Virus record (IMG/VR): IMGVR_UViG_2925677529_000001
Location: 1,341-65,340 of that record
Strand: one strand, 5' to 3'
From: a virus
Lineage: Duplodnaviria > Caudoviricetes
DNA: 64,000 nt
Under the pieces are notes generated by a model. The model did no database searches. It saw only the letters and a program-made list of their open reading frames with translations, and was not told where the DNA came from. The position numbers and the translations under genes were made by a program. Of this stretch, positions 46,550-58,083 are shown piece after piece (position 1 is the first letter of the stretch; each line of letters opens with the position of its first letter).

Positions 46550-47182
46550 TGGGCCCATTCCTTCCGGGCTGGGTGCAGGTGGGAGAGGTGCCATTGGCCG
46601 CAGCGGCACTGGTAGGGGTAGAGCCGTTGTTTCGTTTCGCCGAGGGGCGGTCGGGTGAGGCGTTGAAACTGGTTGGCTTTGGCCTTGGAGCGGTAGGCGC
46701 GTTTCTCGGGGGTTGGGCAGTCGGCCATCACGTGCCCGCCTCAGGGTCGGGGACCTGGAGTGAGATGAGGCGCATGCAGTCTCGGAGATGCTCCAGGTAT
46801 GCCGACACTGTGATGCGCCAGGCGGTGTCGAGTTCGTAGTTGTCGGCGACCTGTTTGGCGTGTTCGGCGAGGAACTGGGCGGCGGCTTCGAGGCCGTTGC
46901 GGACGCCTTCTTGGTGGGCGAGCGTGTAGAGGTCGACGACCTGTTGGCAGATGGTGTGAGTGGCGGTCTTCCCTGCGGATTCGGCGGCGTCGGGGTCGGG
47001 GTTGGTCATCGGCGTGCCTGTGCGTAGTGGTGGGCGTAGGTCATGGCGGCCTCGTGACGTTTGAGGTAGCCGACTTCACGCCAGCCGACGTGGCCGCGGC
47101 GTTCGACGGCCCAGCCTTGGATGCGTTCGTTGGCGGAACGGATGGCGCGCACCCTGAGTGGACGGAGCGGACGCTCAGGCAT
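46546..47182 (-). CDS. Three small coupled hypothetical genes (46546..46731, 46728..47009, 47006..47182)
   Basis: ATGA/GTGA overlaps; first has C..K..Y..YQCRCGQWHLSH. Confidence 0.55.
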
Positions 47183-48392
47183 CGGCGCGCTCCCACCTGG
47201 TGACGTGGCGGGTGACGACGAACTGGTCTGCGCAGAGTCCCCGGTTGCGCGCGGTCTGCCAGTCCGGGTCGTTGTAGCCGAGCCAGTCGGCGGGACCGCC
47301 CGCGCCGTCGAGCATTCCGACGGAGTAGACCTGCGTCAGGCCGAGCGTTTCGGCCAGCACAGCGGCGAGGTGGGGAACCATGTCGGGCTCCTCGTCATCG
47401 AGCGCCCGCCCGCACTCACACTGGTGAATGAGCGATTTCACGTCGTAGACGTGCTCACGCAGCACTTCGGTGATGCGGTCAGTGATGCGTGCACCGGTTG
47501 CCACTTCGGGCATGGGAATGTCACTCATCGGAGGCCCCGTTCCCGAACAGCGCGTCGATGGCCACCTTGCTGTCACGCCACTGCTGCTCCGAATGGCGAT
47601 ACAGCGCAGCTTCACGCTCTTGCCGGTCGGCCTGTTCGCGCGCCAACCGCGCGGATTCTTCACACGCTGCGGCCTTGCCTGACCAGTAGTCAGCAGCGCC
47701 CTGGCACGCGTCGCTTGGGGTCCGGTTGACCATCCCGATCGGGACGGTGGGGTCACTCATCGGTTCTCCTCGTATCGTTCGGGCTCGGGTTCGGGTTCGT
47801 CGTCGGGTGGTGTCTCAAATCCGGGACACCCGCAGGGGTTTCCGCGTCCGTCGGTGGCTTCACACGGTCCGCCGCGCTCGGGCTGGTCGTGTTGGATGCC
47901 GTAGCAGCCGCACAACTCGCAGCGGGTGTCGTCGTAGTTCAGTGGCTCAGGCATCGGTGGCCGCCTCGAAATCTGTGCAGGCTGGCCACCAGGCTCGGAT
48001 GTCGGACGATTCACACCCCGTATCACGGAGATGCACCGTCTTGTCGCCGCGCCGTGTTGGGAAGTGGCACTTCGGGTACGTCTTGTCGCGATAGCTGGTG
48101 ACAACACGGAACCGGCAGCCTCCGCAGCGCGGCCCCACCCCGTCACGTTCCTTGGACGCATCTGGGTGGAGGCGCACGTAGCCGAGCGGGTGCATGCCCT
48201 GGGCGATGCGTTTCGCGATGAGCCGGTGGCGCTTCTCCGACCGTGAAAGCTGCTCTGGCTCCGGTGGAATGAGGTAGGCGTCGGCGGGCACCTCGAACAG
48301 TCCGTCGCTCATGGCCACAACCCCCGCGCGATCTGGTAGGTGCCGAACAGGGTGAGGCCCAACGCGACCGCGAGCACGATGACGTCAACCAT
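47175..48392 (-). CDS. Five small coupled hypothetical genes (47175..47528, 47521..47760, 47757..47954, 47947..48312, 48309..48392)
   Basis: Overlapping start/stop codons; several Cys-rich; the last is a 27-aa TM peptide. Confidence 0.55.
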
Positions 48393-48810
48393 GGGTCACC
48401 GCCTCGAGCTGCGCGACGATGTCGGCGGGCGGCGTCCAGAGGCCGAGCATCCCGCGGCACTTGGGCTGTTCGTTCAGTGGGATCGGGCGCGGGTTGGCCA
48501 GCACGAGGTGGTGCCCGCCCCAGATCAGCTCTCCCCAGTCGCTCCCGCAGCAGAACGGCGCCGACTGGTGCACGTCGACGAGGTCCACCACGCCGAGGAT
48601 CACGCCGTAGTCGAAAACCCGGCGCGCGGTGACCCACTCGGGTGCGCGGCGCGGCAACCGGGCCAACGCCTCCTGGTCAGGCTTCAGCCCGGCGTGGATC
48701 GCGACTGGGCCCCGGTACTTGCCCGCGATGTTGCGGGTCCGGTTCTCGATGTTCTTGCCCTGGTGGATGATCTGCCAGGCCCACGGCTGACGAACGGTGA
48801 TAGCCCTCAT
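48385..48810 (-). CDS. ASCH domain protein
   Basis: AITVRQPWA..GKNIENR..YRG..AIHAG..GMLGLW. Confidence 0.9.
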   Translation of the reverse strand: MRAITVRQPWAWQIIHQGKNIENRTRNIAGKYRGPVAIHAGLKPDQEALARLPRRAPEWVTARRVFDYGVILGVVDLVDVHQSAPFCCGSDWGELIWGGHHLVLANPRPIPLNEQPKCRGMLGLWTPPADIVAQLEAVTHG

Positions 48811-50161
48811 CGGTCACGCTCCAGTGCTTCGCGGATCTTGTTGACCGTGATGAAGCCGGGCATGGCGCCGCGTGCGTCGTCGTCGGCGAGGATCTGGCGG
48901 ATCTCGCTGAGCTTGTCGGCGAGTTCGGCCACGAGCTGCGGTGCGGCAGCGATGAACGCCTTGTCCGCGTCGCTGATTGTCAGCTCCAGCTCGCACGATG
49001 ACCGGCACCCGCACTCGCCGGAATGCGAGGCCTCCAGTACCTCGATGTCGTATTCGTAGATGTCCGGATCACCGGCGCGGCCCATCAGGTCGGGCACCCG
49101 GTAGTCGTTCCACTGCCACGGCCACCGCGTGATCCCGGCGAGTAGTTCGCGGGCACGCTGCGCAACGTCAGCCATGGTGGGCCTCCGCAACGTCAGCGGC
49201 AGCGAGGACGTCGGCCGCGAACACCCGGGCCTCGATCACGTTGGTGCGGAACACGTGCTCGCACCGCGCGCCGATCTCGATCTCATCGCCGTCAACCCGG
49301 GTGAACGGGTAGTGATTCCACTGGGGATTGTGGTTCGGCCCCCAGTACTCGGACGGCGACTTCGGCAGTTCCACGACTGCGATGTTGGGGAGCGCCATGA
49401 GAACACTGGCGACGTGCTCGGCGACCTCTGTGCAGATGAGCCTCGGCGCGTATCCCTGTCGCCCCTCGTCCCACGCTTGGTACGCCCGATCATTCTCGGC
49501 GAGATCGGATTCCGGCGTGCGGTAGTGGTCGTGGGTACCGATCGGGCCTGGGTACAGCCGCCGGTAGAGTTCCCGCGCCATCGCGTCGGTGAGTTGTGCA
49601 TGAATCGGGGTGCTCATTTTCTCCTCCAAATTGATCCACGGGTGCGGCGCCGAGTTCGGAACCAACACATGGCTTCAGTGGTCAGCACCGGCGCGCACCC
49701 TTGCGACGTGGCGGGCCCAGTCGTCGCCGTCGACCACGACCGTCTGGCATTTGCAGCGCATGTCGACCCCGTTGAAATAGGGGCCCTGATGCGCGGCCAG
49801 GACTGCGGCGTCCTGCTGCTCAGCGGCGCGGGCGTGCTCGGCCAGCAGGACGGCGAGTTCGATCACCGGGTGCTGGCTGGCCGGGACCTGTTCGGGCAGG
49901 CGGAATGACGCTGCGGCACCAGCCTGCAACCTCGCGGCCAACGCGTCGGCCCGCTCCGCTATCGAGAGTTCAGACATCGGGGTTCCGTTCTTCTCGGGCC
50001 ATGTCCCGCAACAGATCCGAAACCGGCCGGTCGTATCGCTCCAACATCCGCTCAAGCGAGGAGAGCGTGACTTCCATGCGTTGGGCGATCTGCCAATCCG
50101 GAAGCCCAATCGCGTGCATCTCGTCGTAGCGTTCGGTGAACGACAACGTCGTGGCGATCAT
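48807..50161 (-). CDS. Four hypothetical genes (48807..49175 ead/Ea22-like, 49168..49617, 49675..49977, 49970..50161 HTH-like)
   Basis: ITRWPW..ADKAFIAAAP in the first; coupled ORFs. Confidence 0.55.
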
Positions 50162-51972
50162 GCGGCTGCCTCGCCGTGCAAGGCGGCGCGCAGCCGGGCG
50201 CTGATCCACTCACCGACCGGTGGGCTGACCGCGTTGCCGTACCCGTCGACCTGGTTACGGGCACTGCCCCAGACGACGAAACTGCCTTGGTAGTCGGCGA
50301 AGTCGACGTCGAATCCGCAGCCGCGGCCGATCTCGTGGGCGGCCATCATCCGGAAGTAGCAGTCCTCCAACGTGATCTCTTCGAGCATCGCGCGCCACTG
50401 CGCGGTCAGCAGCCCCGTGTTGGCCTGCGAGGTCTGCGCGCCAAGCGGATCAGTCAGCGGGTGCGGTGCCGGGAACTGGCCCGGCGAGGTGCCGTTCTGC
50501 TTGAACCACCCAGAGAACAACAGGCCCAAGTGATTACCCGCTCCGACGACCGTCTTCATTGGCCGATCGACTCCGGCCACCCGCCGGTCGACGCCCTCGT
50601 TGTACTGGACCATCCCGGCCGCGGTGAGTAGACCAGGGATCTGCTCGGCCGTCACGGTTGGCATCGGTTCCCCATGGCCGGCGGGCAGGGTGTTCTTTCG
50701 GTACGGGATCACCCCGGACGACAGCAGCGATAGCGTCTCCGAACCGCCCTGCGTCGGCAGTACCTCGTCCACACCGCGCGGCGCGCCCTGGAAGTTGTTG
50801 ACCGCCAGCAGCACAGCCTTCTCATGCGTCGAGGTGACGGTGTCCATCGGCTGGGTGATGTGCTTGCCGTCGCCGTTGTGCCGGTGCGCGGCAATAACCG
50901 ATCCGGTGGACAGGATCGCGGTCTCCTGCTGGCTGGTCTGCGTCGCCAGCGGCTCCCACGGGTGCTTCTCGGCGCCGCGCTGGGCCTTGGCCGGCATGAG
51001 CACCGCGGGGAATTCGGCGAACCGCTGGCGGCACCGCTCGGCCCGGGCCATGGTGGCCACGGCCAGAGGCTTCTTCCGGTCGCCAATGCGAGTGCCCAGG
51101 TTCGACAAGTCGAGGCAGTCCAGCGAAGGCGCCGCCGGCGGGATCACGACACACCTGCAACGCTCGCACCGGTACTCGTACTGCTTGCCGTAGCGCACCG
51201 ACCCGGTGGGCGGCACCCCGGTCTTCCACGTCCACCGGGCCTCAACGACCTTGTCGCACAGGCTGCACCACGACGGCGGCCGGTGATCCAGGTCCGGTGT
51301 CGGAATCTTGGCGTCCCAGAACGCGATGTACAGCCGATCCCTGGACTGAGGCACCCCGAAGAACATCGAATTCAAGTACAGGACACGGCATTTGTAGCCG
51401 AGCGACTCGAACTGCTGGAGCCACCACCGGTAGGTCGAACCGTCGCCCACCTTCGCCTTGCCGGGCAGGGCCGGGCCCCACGAGCTGAGCTCAGTGGTGC
51501 ACTCAATGAGAATCAGCCGCGGGTGATGCTGCGCGGCGTAGTGCAGCACACAGTTCGCCGTGGCGCGGTCACGCTCCGACCGGGTGACCCGCTCATCGAA
51601 CTCAGGGTCGTCCAGATCGAACAGCGACAGGCCCTGCGCGTACGCCTTCTGTGTGTTGGCCTGGGAGTGGTTGACGCAGGACACCCCAGCGCACAGCAGA
51701 TCAGCGGCCGGCAGGTCGCGGGCCGAGTGGTAGTCCGACGCTTCCTTGTTGACCAGGTCGGCAATCCAGTGCTCGGCCTCCGGGTGGTTGGCCTCGTGGA
51801 CCTCGACCTTGTAGCGGTTGTGGTTGGCCGCCATGATCGTCTCAAACCCAGCCCGTTTGATCCCGGTGGTCAGTCCTCCGAATCCGGAGAACAGGTCGAC
51901 GGCGACCAGGGAATCGTGCCGGAACCGACGCGGCTGCACCGCAGGCCTGTGCTCGGCGACAGCCGCGGTCAT
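50158..51972 (-). CDS. DNA (cytosine-5) methyltransferase
   Basis: DLFSGFGG (I), GVSC (IV), LIECT (VI), PQSRDR (VIII), GNAVSP (X). Confidence 0.88.
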   Translation of the reverse strand: MTAAVAEHRPAVQPRRFRHDSLVAVDLFSGFGGLTTGIKRAGFETIMAANHNRYKVEVHEANHPEAEHWIADLVNKEASDYHSARDLPAADLLCAGVSCVNHSQANTQKAYAQGLSLFDLDDPEFDERVTRSERDRATANCVLHYAAQHHPRLILIECTTELSSWGPALPGKAKVGDGSTYRWWLQQFESLGYKCRVLYLNSMFFGVPQSRDRLYIAFWDAKIPTPDLDHRPPSWCSLCDKVVEARWTWKTGVPPTGSVRYGKQYEYRCERCRCVVIPPAAPSLDCLDLSNLGTRIGDRKKPLAVATMARAERCRQRFAEFPAVLMPAKAQRGAEKHPWEPLATQTSQQETAILSTGSVIAAHRHNGDGKHITQPMDTVTSTHEKAVLLAVNNFQGAPRGVDEVLPTQGGSETLSLLSSGVIPYRKNTLPAGHGEPMPTVTAEQIPGLLTAAGMVQYNEGVDRRVAGVDRPMKTVVGAGNHLGLLFSGWFKQNGTSPGQFPAPHPLTDPLGAQTSQANTGLLTAQWRAMLEEITLEDCYFRMMAAHEIGRGCGFDVDFADYQGSFVVWGSARNQVDGYGNAVSPPVGEWISARLRAALHGEAAA

Positions 51973-52827
51973 GCGCCGGCCTCATCGATCGCGCGGATGG
52001 TGGCGCACGGAAAGTTCCAGTGGCAGCAGACGCAGCCGCCCGCTCCGTTCGCCCGATGTAGTTCACGGATCTTGTTGAGCGCCTGGGTTTGCCGTTCCGC
52101 GAGCTGCTTGGTGGCCAGGATCTTGTCGCACTCGGACAAGAACCCGGTCACACCGGCATGCTCGATCGCATCCAGGGTGTCGAAGCCGCTCACGATGCCA
52201 CCTCGAACTCGTGGTCCTCGTGGTCGGCGCACACCAGGTGGTCATCGGACTCGTAGGCGCGATCGGCTCGGCATACCTCGCACTTCTGGCACTCCTCGCA
52301 CAACAGCTCGGCGAGTTCGGTTTCCGGGTATCCGGTGCAGGTCGTGCGGCCGGTCGGCACGTAGCGGGCGAACCATCCGGCGTCGGTGACCTGTTCGATT
52401 GGGGTGCCCGGGTCTCCGTAGGCAGTGAAGTCGCCGTAGTCGTCGCAGATGTGCCCGCACGTAGTGCAGCGCGCCTGGTAGTAGGTGACCTCGTGCACCG
52501 GCGCGAACTTCGGCGCCTTCGTGTCGATCGCTGGCGCCTCACCCATCGGCTCGTCGCCGTCCTCGGTTGCGTTCATCGTCACACTCCACTTGCTTGGGAT
52601 TCAACGGATTTGACTCGGTCCAGCTCGCCGGCCCAGGTTTGCGCCGAGTCGAGCGTGGCGAATGCCTTGCCCTGGAATGGGATCGCCAGCATCGTGAGAC
52701 CGTCGTGGCCGCGGCCCTGCAGGATCCACTCGGGCCCGACGCGCTGCACGCTGTACTCACCCTTGGCGCCGACCGACACGAGGGTGCCGATCATGTGTTC
52801 GTGGCTCGACCAATTCAGCATCAGCAC
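51969..52827 (-). CDS. Three hypothetical genes (51969..52193, 52190..52582, 52579..52827)
   Basis: Coupled ORFs, Cys-rich. Confidence 0.55.
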
Positions 52828-53204
52828 GACTCCGCCCTATGCCCGTGCCTCTGCCCGGTGATCAGGGCCAGGAGGTCATCGACGGTCATGTGGGCCCAGT
52901 ACTCGCCGGGGTTGGTGGTGCCGCGGCGTTTGGCCACCACCACCCCGACCAGTGCGCCGTCGTTGTTGGCTTCGGTGTGGGCCTCGCGGGTCCAGCCGGG
53001 AACATCGGGGCGGGCGCAGTCCTTGACCTCGATCACGACGCGCTGGCCGTGCGCCCGAACGTTGGCGATGTCGCCGCAGTCCTTCGCGCCGGTCTTCACC
53101 CTGCGGTCGATCCGGTCATCGTCGAGGGCCTGGGCGAGGTAGTCGGCCACCGCACGCTCGGTGCGGGAACCGGCTGCCCTTGCGCTCACGCGAGAACGGG
53201 TCAC
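52821..53204 (-). CDS. Holliday junction resolvase (Hjc-like)
   Basis: GSRTER.VADYL..GAKDCGDI..IEVKD..EA..EA.N. Confidence 0.8.
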   Translation of the reverse strand: MTRSRVSARAAGSRTERAVADYLAQALDDDRIDRRVKTGAKDCGDIANVRAHGQRVVIEVKDCARPDVPGWTREAHTEANNDGALVGVVVAKRRGTTNPGEYWAHMTVDDLLALITGQRHGHRAESC

Positions 53205-53470
53205 AGCATGTCTCCTGTCGCCGTGCGGGTTTCGATGTGCGGCCCGTGGATGCGGGCGCGGAGGATGTCGAGCTGGTCGCCGTCCGGGTGCTCGTAGTCG
53301 TCGTCGAGCAGGCCGGGCCACCACGGGGATTGGGCGAGGCGGGCGTGGATCTCGGCCAGCCGCAGCTTGAAAGCGACGTGAGGCAGCTTCGGCGCCACCT
53401 GCGGGTCGGCCTGCTCCAACTCGGCCAACAGCCGATCAGCCGCGGCATAGTGCTCGCTCGGGGTCCTCAC
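53201..53470 (-). CDS. Hypothetical protein
   Basis: EHYAAADRLL..AEIHARLA; GTGA overlaps. Confidence 0.55.
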   Translation of the reverse strand: MRTPSEHYAAADRLLAELEQADPQVAPKLPHVAFKLRLAEIHARLAQSPWWPGLLDDDYEHPDGDQLDILRARIHGPHIETRTATGDML

Positions 53471-54093
53471 TTCGCCCCGCCCATCACCGCGTCCCACTGC
53501 GCCCGCACCCACCGGACGTCACCCATCGCGGTGTGGCGCGGGAACTTGGTGGGATCGACACCGACCGCGGCTGACAGCAGATCCGAGGACAACGGCAGGG
53601 TCGTCAATCGGTCGATCTGGTCGCGTGGCGCGCCGTCCTCGTGCCGAACCGATCGCAGGTACCCGAACACGACGTTCTCCACGTCAATCAGGTGGTAATG
53701 CCATGGATCCAAAATCCCCCGCGGAGCGAGCAACTGGCGGCTGATTCGCTCTGTGTCGAAGTTCGGCACCGCGCCCACGATGAGCGGTCGGCCACCGAGG
53801 AATGAGGCGATGGAATGCGCCGCGCCCTGCCGGCTGAAGGCGTTCCCCTCGTCGAACCGTTCCCGGTAGTCGGCGGCCATGTCGGGCACCTGCTCCTCGA
53901 ACGGCTCGATCCAGCCGTCGGGGTCGTGCTGGATGAACAGGTGTAATTCCTCTTCGATCCACGGGTCGTCACCGAACATCGACGGTTCGTCGGGATCGTT
54001 CATCCGCCGGCGGATCGCCGCGAACTCCCAGATCGGGGCATCCAGGTCGAGGCCCAGAGTTTCGGTGTCCATGAACACGATGTCGGTGGTCAC
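53467..54093 (-). CDS. DEDDh 3'-5' exonuclease (DnaQ-like)
   Basis: DTETLGL, NFD, HTAMGD. Confidence 0.88.
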   Translation of the reverse strand: MTTDIVFMDTETLGLDLDAPIWEFAAIRRRMNDPDEPSMFGDDPWIEEELHLFIQHDPDGWIEPFEEQVPDMAADYRERFDEGNAFSRQGAAHSIASFLGGRPLIVGAVPNFDTERISRQLLAPRGILDPWHYHLIDVENVVFGYLRSVRHEDGAPRDQIDRLTTLPLSSDLLSAAVGVDPTKFPRHTAMGDVRWVRAQWDAVMGGAK

Positions 54094-55148
54094 TCGGCGG
54101 GCCCGTCGAACAGCGAAATGACCGCGACCGCCTCGTCATATGTCACATCCGCCTGGCGCGTCGCCTTCACCCCGGCCGCGTCACCCAGGTAGGAGAACCA
54201 CTCGGTGTCGGAGTCGTACTTCTCGGCTTTCTGGATCTGCGCCAGGCGGGTGAGCTGCGCCTTCGTAGCCATGCGGACCTCGGTCGACTGGCCGTCAACG
54301 ACCTGCTCGTAGTCAGCGGGCGGCGCAGCCGATTCCGCCGGCGACTCGTCCACCTCGCCCTCGATGTAATCGGGGGTCTTCTCGATCGCCGACGGCGATA
54401 AGTCCAGGCGCACACCCTCGTCCTGCGCGATCGCGTGCTGCGCCTCCGTCGACTTCGGCAGCAGCTTCATCAGCTTGCGCACCATCGTCTTGTGCGCCAT
54501 CGCCTCGAAGTGATCGACCCACGGACCGAACACCTTGCCGTCACGGTTCTTCGCCGTGGCGTGCCTGTCCCGGTAATCCTCCATGTCGGCCACCGTCATC
54601 GGGTCGGTCATCGAGTAGCCGCCGTCGACGGTGCGGCCCACCGCATAGAACAGGACGGGCTTCCCACGGGGCCCGTCGATGCACGGCCTGTGAATCCACT
54701 TGTCCTCGGCGGCACCGTATTCGACCTCGAAGTAGTCGTTCGAGTAGACAGTGCGTGCATGGATGGAGGCGATGCGGCCGGAGCGGTGCGCCAGCTCGAC
54801 ATACCCCTGGTAGCCGATCACCAACTGGGCCTTCTGGCCGCGGGTCTTGGAGTCCCAGAACGGCAGCAGGTACGCCTGGCCCAACGCGCCGACACCAGGC
54901 CTGAGCCCGAGCTGGGCGCAGGTCATCAGCGACCCGAGCACCGACTTGGGTTCACACTCGGCGAGTTTCGGATTCACCGACAAGCAGGTCAGTGCGTCCC
55001 GGATCAACTGGGTGGCCTCGACACCGCGGGGCATGGCCAGCTGAAACTGCTGCTCCATCTTCTGGATCTGCCGCTGCAGCGACTCATCTTCACCGCTGCC
55101 CTGCTGCGCGACGGACTGGCGGGCACGGGTGGCCAAATCTCTTGCCAT
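54090..55148 (-). CDS. recT: RecT-like ssDNA annealing protein
   Basis: AQLGL.P..AYLLPF..IGYQG..PW...FEAMAHKT..KLLPKS. Confidence 0.93.
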   Translation of the reverse strand: MARDLATRARQSVAQQGSGEDESLQRQIQKMEQQFQLAMPRGVEATQLIRDALTCLSVNPKLAECEPKSVLGSLMTCAQLGLRPGVGALGQAYLLPFWDSKTRGQKAQLVIGYQGYVELAHRSGRIASIHARTVYSNDYFEVEYGAAEDKWIHRPCIDGPRGKPVLFYAVGRTVDGGYSMTDPMTVADMEDYRDRHATAKNRDGKVFGPWVDHFEAMAHKTMVRKLMKLLPKSTEAQHAIAQDEGVRLDLSPSAIEKTPDYIEGEVDESPAESAAPPADYEQVVDGQSTEVRMATKAQLTRLAQIQKAEKYDSDTEWFSYLGDAAGVKATRQADVTYDEAVAVISLFDGPAE

Positions 55149-55153
55149 GAGGG

Positions 55154-56167
55154 TTACTTGCCTTTCGGGATGTAGATGGATGTGGACTGAAAACGGCGGT
55201 ACAACTCGGGGTCCTCGGCCTTGAGGCGGTCCTTGTCGATCACCTCGACCTTGTGCAGCCAGGGCGCGTCGTCCTCTTCGTCGCGGAACGCCTTCTCGCG
55301 GAAGATGCCCCGCCGGAGCGCGACGAGCTTTCGACCAGACGCGTCGGCCAGCGCATCGGACCCCTGGAGCAGATCAGCCAGCACGTTGACGGCCTGCGAC
55401 TTCTCCGACTTGGCTGACTTCTCGGCGTCCAACGCGGCCCGGTAGTCGGCGATGGCAGCCTCAACCTGGGGTAGGTGTTCGTCGTCGAGCACCTCGACCT
55501 CGTCATACCGGCGCGGCCAGCGCGCGGCGATCGCCTCGGCCGTCGCGTCCGACCCGTCGATCGGCGGCGCCTTATCCGGAACGATGTACGTGTCCCAAAG
55601 GTGCTGCTCAGCCTGGTTGATCGTGGCGATCAGTTCGTCGTCGCGTGGCACGTACTCCCACCGCAACCGGTTCCCGCCGACCAGGCCGGCGACGTACGCG
55701 CCGTCAGCGCCGGTGACCGCCATGCCGTGCTGGACCTGCAGCTCCGCGTGGTCCGGGACCTCGCCGTCCTCCCAATCGTGAGCGAGCCAGGCAGACGCGT
55801 TCTTGATCTCAACCAGGGCGTTCTGCGCCAGGATCAGACCGTCGGGGTTGTAGAGCTGCCATGGCCGCTCCAGTGATCGCAGCGTTGGGCATTCGACGAT
55901 CTCGACGTTGAGGCGGCGGGCCAGCTCGGCACGGATGACCGGCTCCAGCAGGGTGCCCCACATCATCACCTCGGTCTCGTCGTCCGGCCGGGACTTGCCG
56001 GTCTTGTCGGCCCACACGGAGAACGCGGATCCGTACTTGCCTAGGCCCAGGACGGCGGAGCAATCAGACGAGCCGATGCCGGTGCGGCGCAACTCAAGCC
56101 ACTCGTCGCGGTCTTTGTAGTGGCCGGCCAGTTCGGCGTGCTCGGCCCAGAACGGTGCGATGGTCAC
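55154..56167 (-). CDS. recE: RecE/YqaJ-like exonuclease
   Basis: WLELRRTGIGSSD, WGTLLEP, PDG..EIK, QVQH.MAVTG. Confidence 0.9.
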   Translation of the reverse strand: MTIAPFWAEHAELAGHYKDRDEWLELRRTGIGSSDCSAVLGLGKYGSAFSVWADKTGKSRPDDETEVMMWGTLLEPVIRAELARRLNVEIVECPTLRSLERPWQLYNPDGLILAQNALVEIKNASAWLAHDWEDGEVPDHAELQVQHGMAVTGADGAYVAGLVGGNRLRWEYVPRDDELIATINQAEQHLWDTYIVPDKAPPIDGSDATAEAIAARWPRRYDEVEVLDDEHLPQVEAAIADYRAALDAEKSAKSEKSQAVNVLADLLQGSDALADASGRKLVALRRGIFREKAFRDEEDDAPWLHKVEVIDKDRLKAEDPELYRRFQSTSIYIPKGK

Positions 56168-57697
56168 CAGCGGCTCATTTCGTCGAGCGCGTCCGTCCGG
56201 TCACCACACAGTCCGACCGCTGCGCGGGGAGCCTCGATGGCCTGGGCGCGGTCCGTTTCGGTCATGTCGTTGACGGCGCGCCTCCACTCGTCTGCTTCGT
56301 GCTGATACACGGGTGTCCTCCAAGTTGGTTCGGGTTGGACGCGGAAACCCCACGCCAGCCAGGTGAGAGCCGCCAGAATCGCTGTGGCGGCGAGCAGCTC
56401 GGCCGGCCCGGTGAACAGGGCTCCGACCGCGGCACCGGTGAAAACCCAAGCGGCCCAATACAGTGCGCTGGTCATGACGCGACGCCCGTCAGTCGGCGAC
56501 CAACCCGCGTCTCCGTGATGGACTCCACGCGCGCCCACAGCGTGCTGGTCGACGTGTCAGGGTCCAGCCACGCGGCCAGGCACATGGTCACCTGCGCGGC
56601 TTTCGCCGGATGCTGCTGCGCCAGCGCCACCAGCTCCGAGTAGAGGCGGGCGGGGTCCTCGTCGCGGATCTTCTCCGCCATCCCGAGTGCGATCTCGGCG
56701 ACCCTGTCCAGGTTGGAATCTGGGACCAGATCGACCACCGCGCGGCTCACCGGGCACCGCCCATCAGATCCTCGGTGGAGTAGACCAGCGGAGCGAGCGC
56801 GTCGAGGACCAGGCGCATTCCGTGCTCGACCTCGGCGTCTTCGTCCAGCGCGCCTGTGCACAGCTCCTGGTGCAGTTCGCGGATCGGCTTCAACGCCTCA
56901 CGGGCAGCGGTCCGAGCCACCCGTCCACGCGATGCCTGATTCATGCCATCAGTGGTCAACCCAAGCGCCCGTTGCGCGGCGTCGATTACGGGATCGGCCA
57001 TCATGCACCGCCGATCCACCGGGCGGGGACGACCGGGCCAACGATCGCCGCGACGCGTGCGTCGAACTCCAGTCGCCCGTACACCTCACCGAGCGGAACG
57101 GTGCGGGGGTGCCTGCTCGGCTGCACGGCACCGAGGTCAGCGACGCGGCGGCTGAACCTGTTGGCGCGGTGCCTGCCCCGCCTCATTCGTCACCGCCCGG
57201 CACCACTGGCCCGTTGGCGTCGTGCACGGTGAGGTTCTTCGCCCCGGTGTCGACGCCCTGCAGCCGTTCGCGGACCTCAGCGCGCACCTGCTCCATCGCG
57301 GCCGGATCGCCGGTCAGGTGGCCGCACAGCTTGTCTGCGAGCCGGTCGGCCGCCTCGTCGCTGTAGCCGAGAAGGAATTTCGACGTCGAGGCGACACCGC
57401 TGTTGAACCCGTCAAGCCAGATCATGATCAGGACACTGGAATCCAGTCGTTGCACGACCGCCTTTTTCGGGCTCATTCGGCACCGCCTGATACGAGGCGC
57501 AGGCCACGCTCACCGCGATGCTGGGCAGCGGCCCGAGCGGCCTGGCGGGCGTCGTGCGGGCACCACACCAGACGGGGCCGGTGCGGTGCCGGGAGCTCGT
57601 CGCACAACGCCTCCATCAACTCGCACGCCTCTTCAACCAGGCGGGAGTCGCCCGTCAACAGCAGTGAGATCGCCCGCGTTACACGCGTATCCGTCAT
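56164..57697 (-). CDS. Six small coupled hypothetical genes (56164..56475 membrane, 56472..56750, 56747..57004, 57001..57186, 57183..57476, 57473..57697)
   Basis: Chain of 4-nt start/stop overlaps. Confidence 0.55.
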
Positions 57698-57699
57698 CG

Positions 57700-58083
57700 T
57701 CACCGGATCACATCCGATCCCGTTGGCAGCCAACCCGGCTCATCCGGCAACACGTTGCCGTCGTTGACCGGATAGACCTCCTTGGCCTGCAGCGTCTCTT
57801 CGCGGTAATAGCCCTGCGAGCAGCTGCTGTAATAGGTGCCGAACGAGCAGTAGCCGCGCACCCATCCCGCTGGTGTCCACACCACCCGGGCACGCATCCA
57901 TGAACCGTCCGCGAGGCGCGGCGTATCGCAGATGGTGCGGCGTTGCGAGCCGAGGAAACCCCACCGGATCGTTTCGCAGCCCACACCCGGGTCGGCCTTC
58001 GCCTCAGTGGCCCACAGGGTTCCAGTGCCTGCCAGGACCGCCCCGGCGGCCATCGCGGCGAGCAGCCGCTTGATGGAGATCAT
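57700..58083 (-). CDS. Secreted CDGP-like protein
   Basis: Signal peptide AKA-DP; GCET..ICDTPRLADGSWMR..YPV. Confidence 0.7.
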   Translation of the reverse strand: MISIKRLLAAMAAGAVLAGTGTLWATEAKADPGVGCETIRWGFLGSQRRTICDTPRLADGSWMRARVVWTPAGWVRGYCSFGTYYSSCSQGYYREETLQAKEVYPVNDGNVLPDEPGWLPTGSDVIR

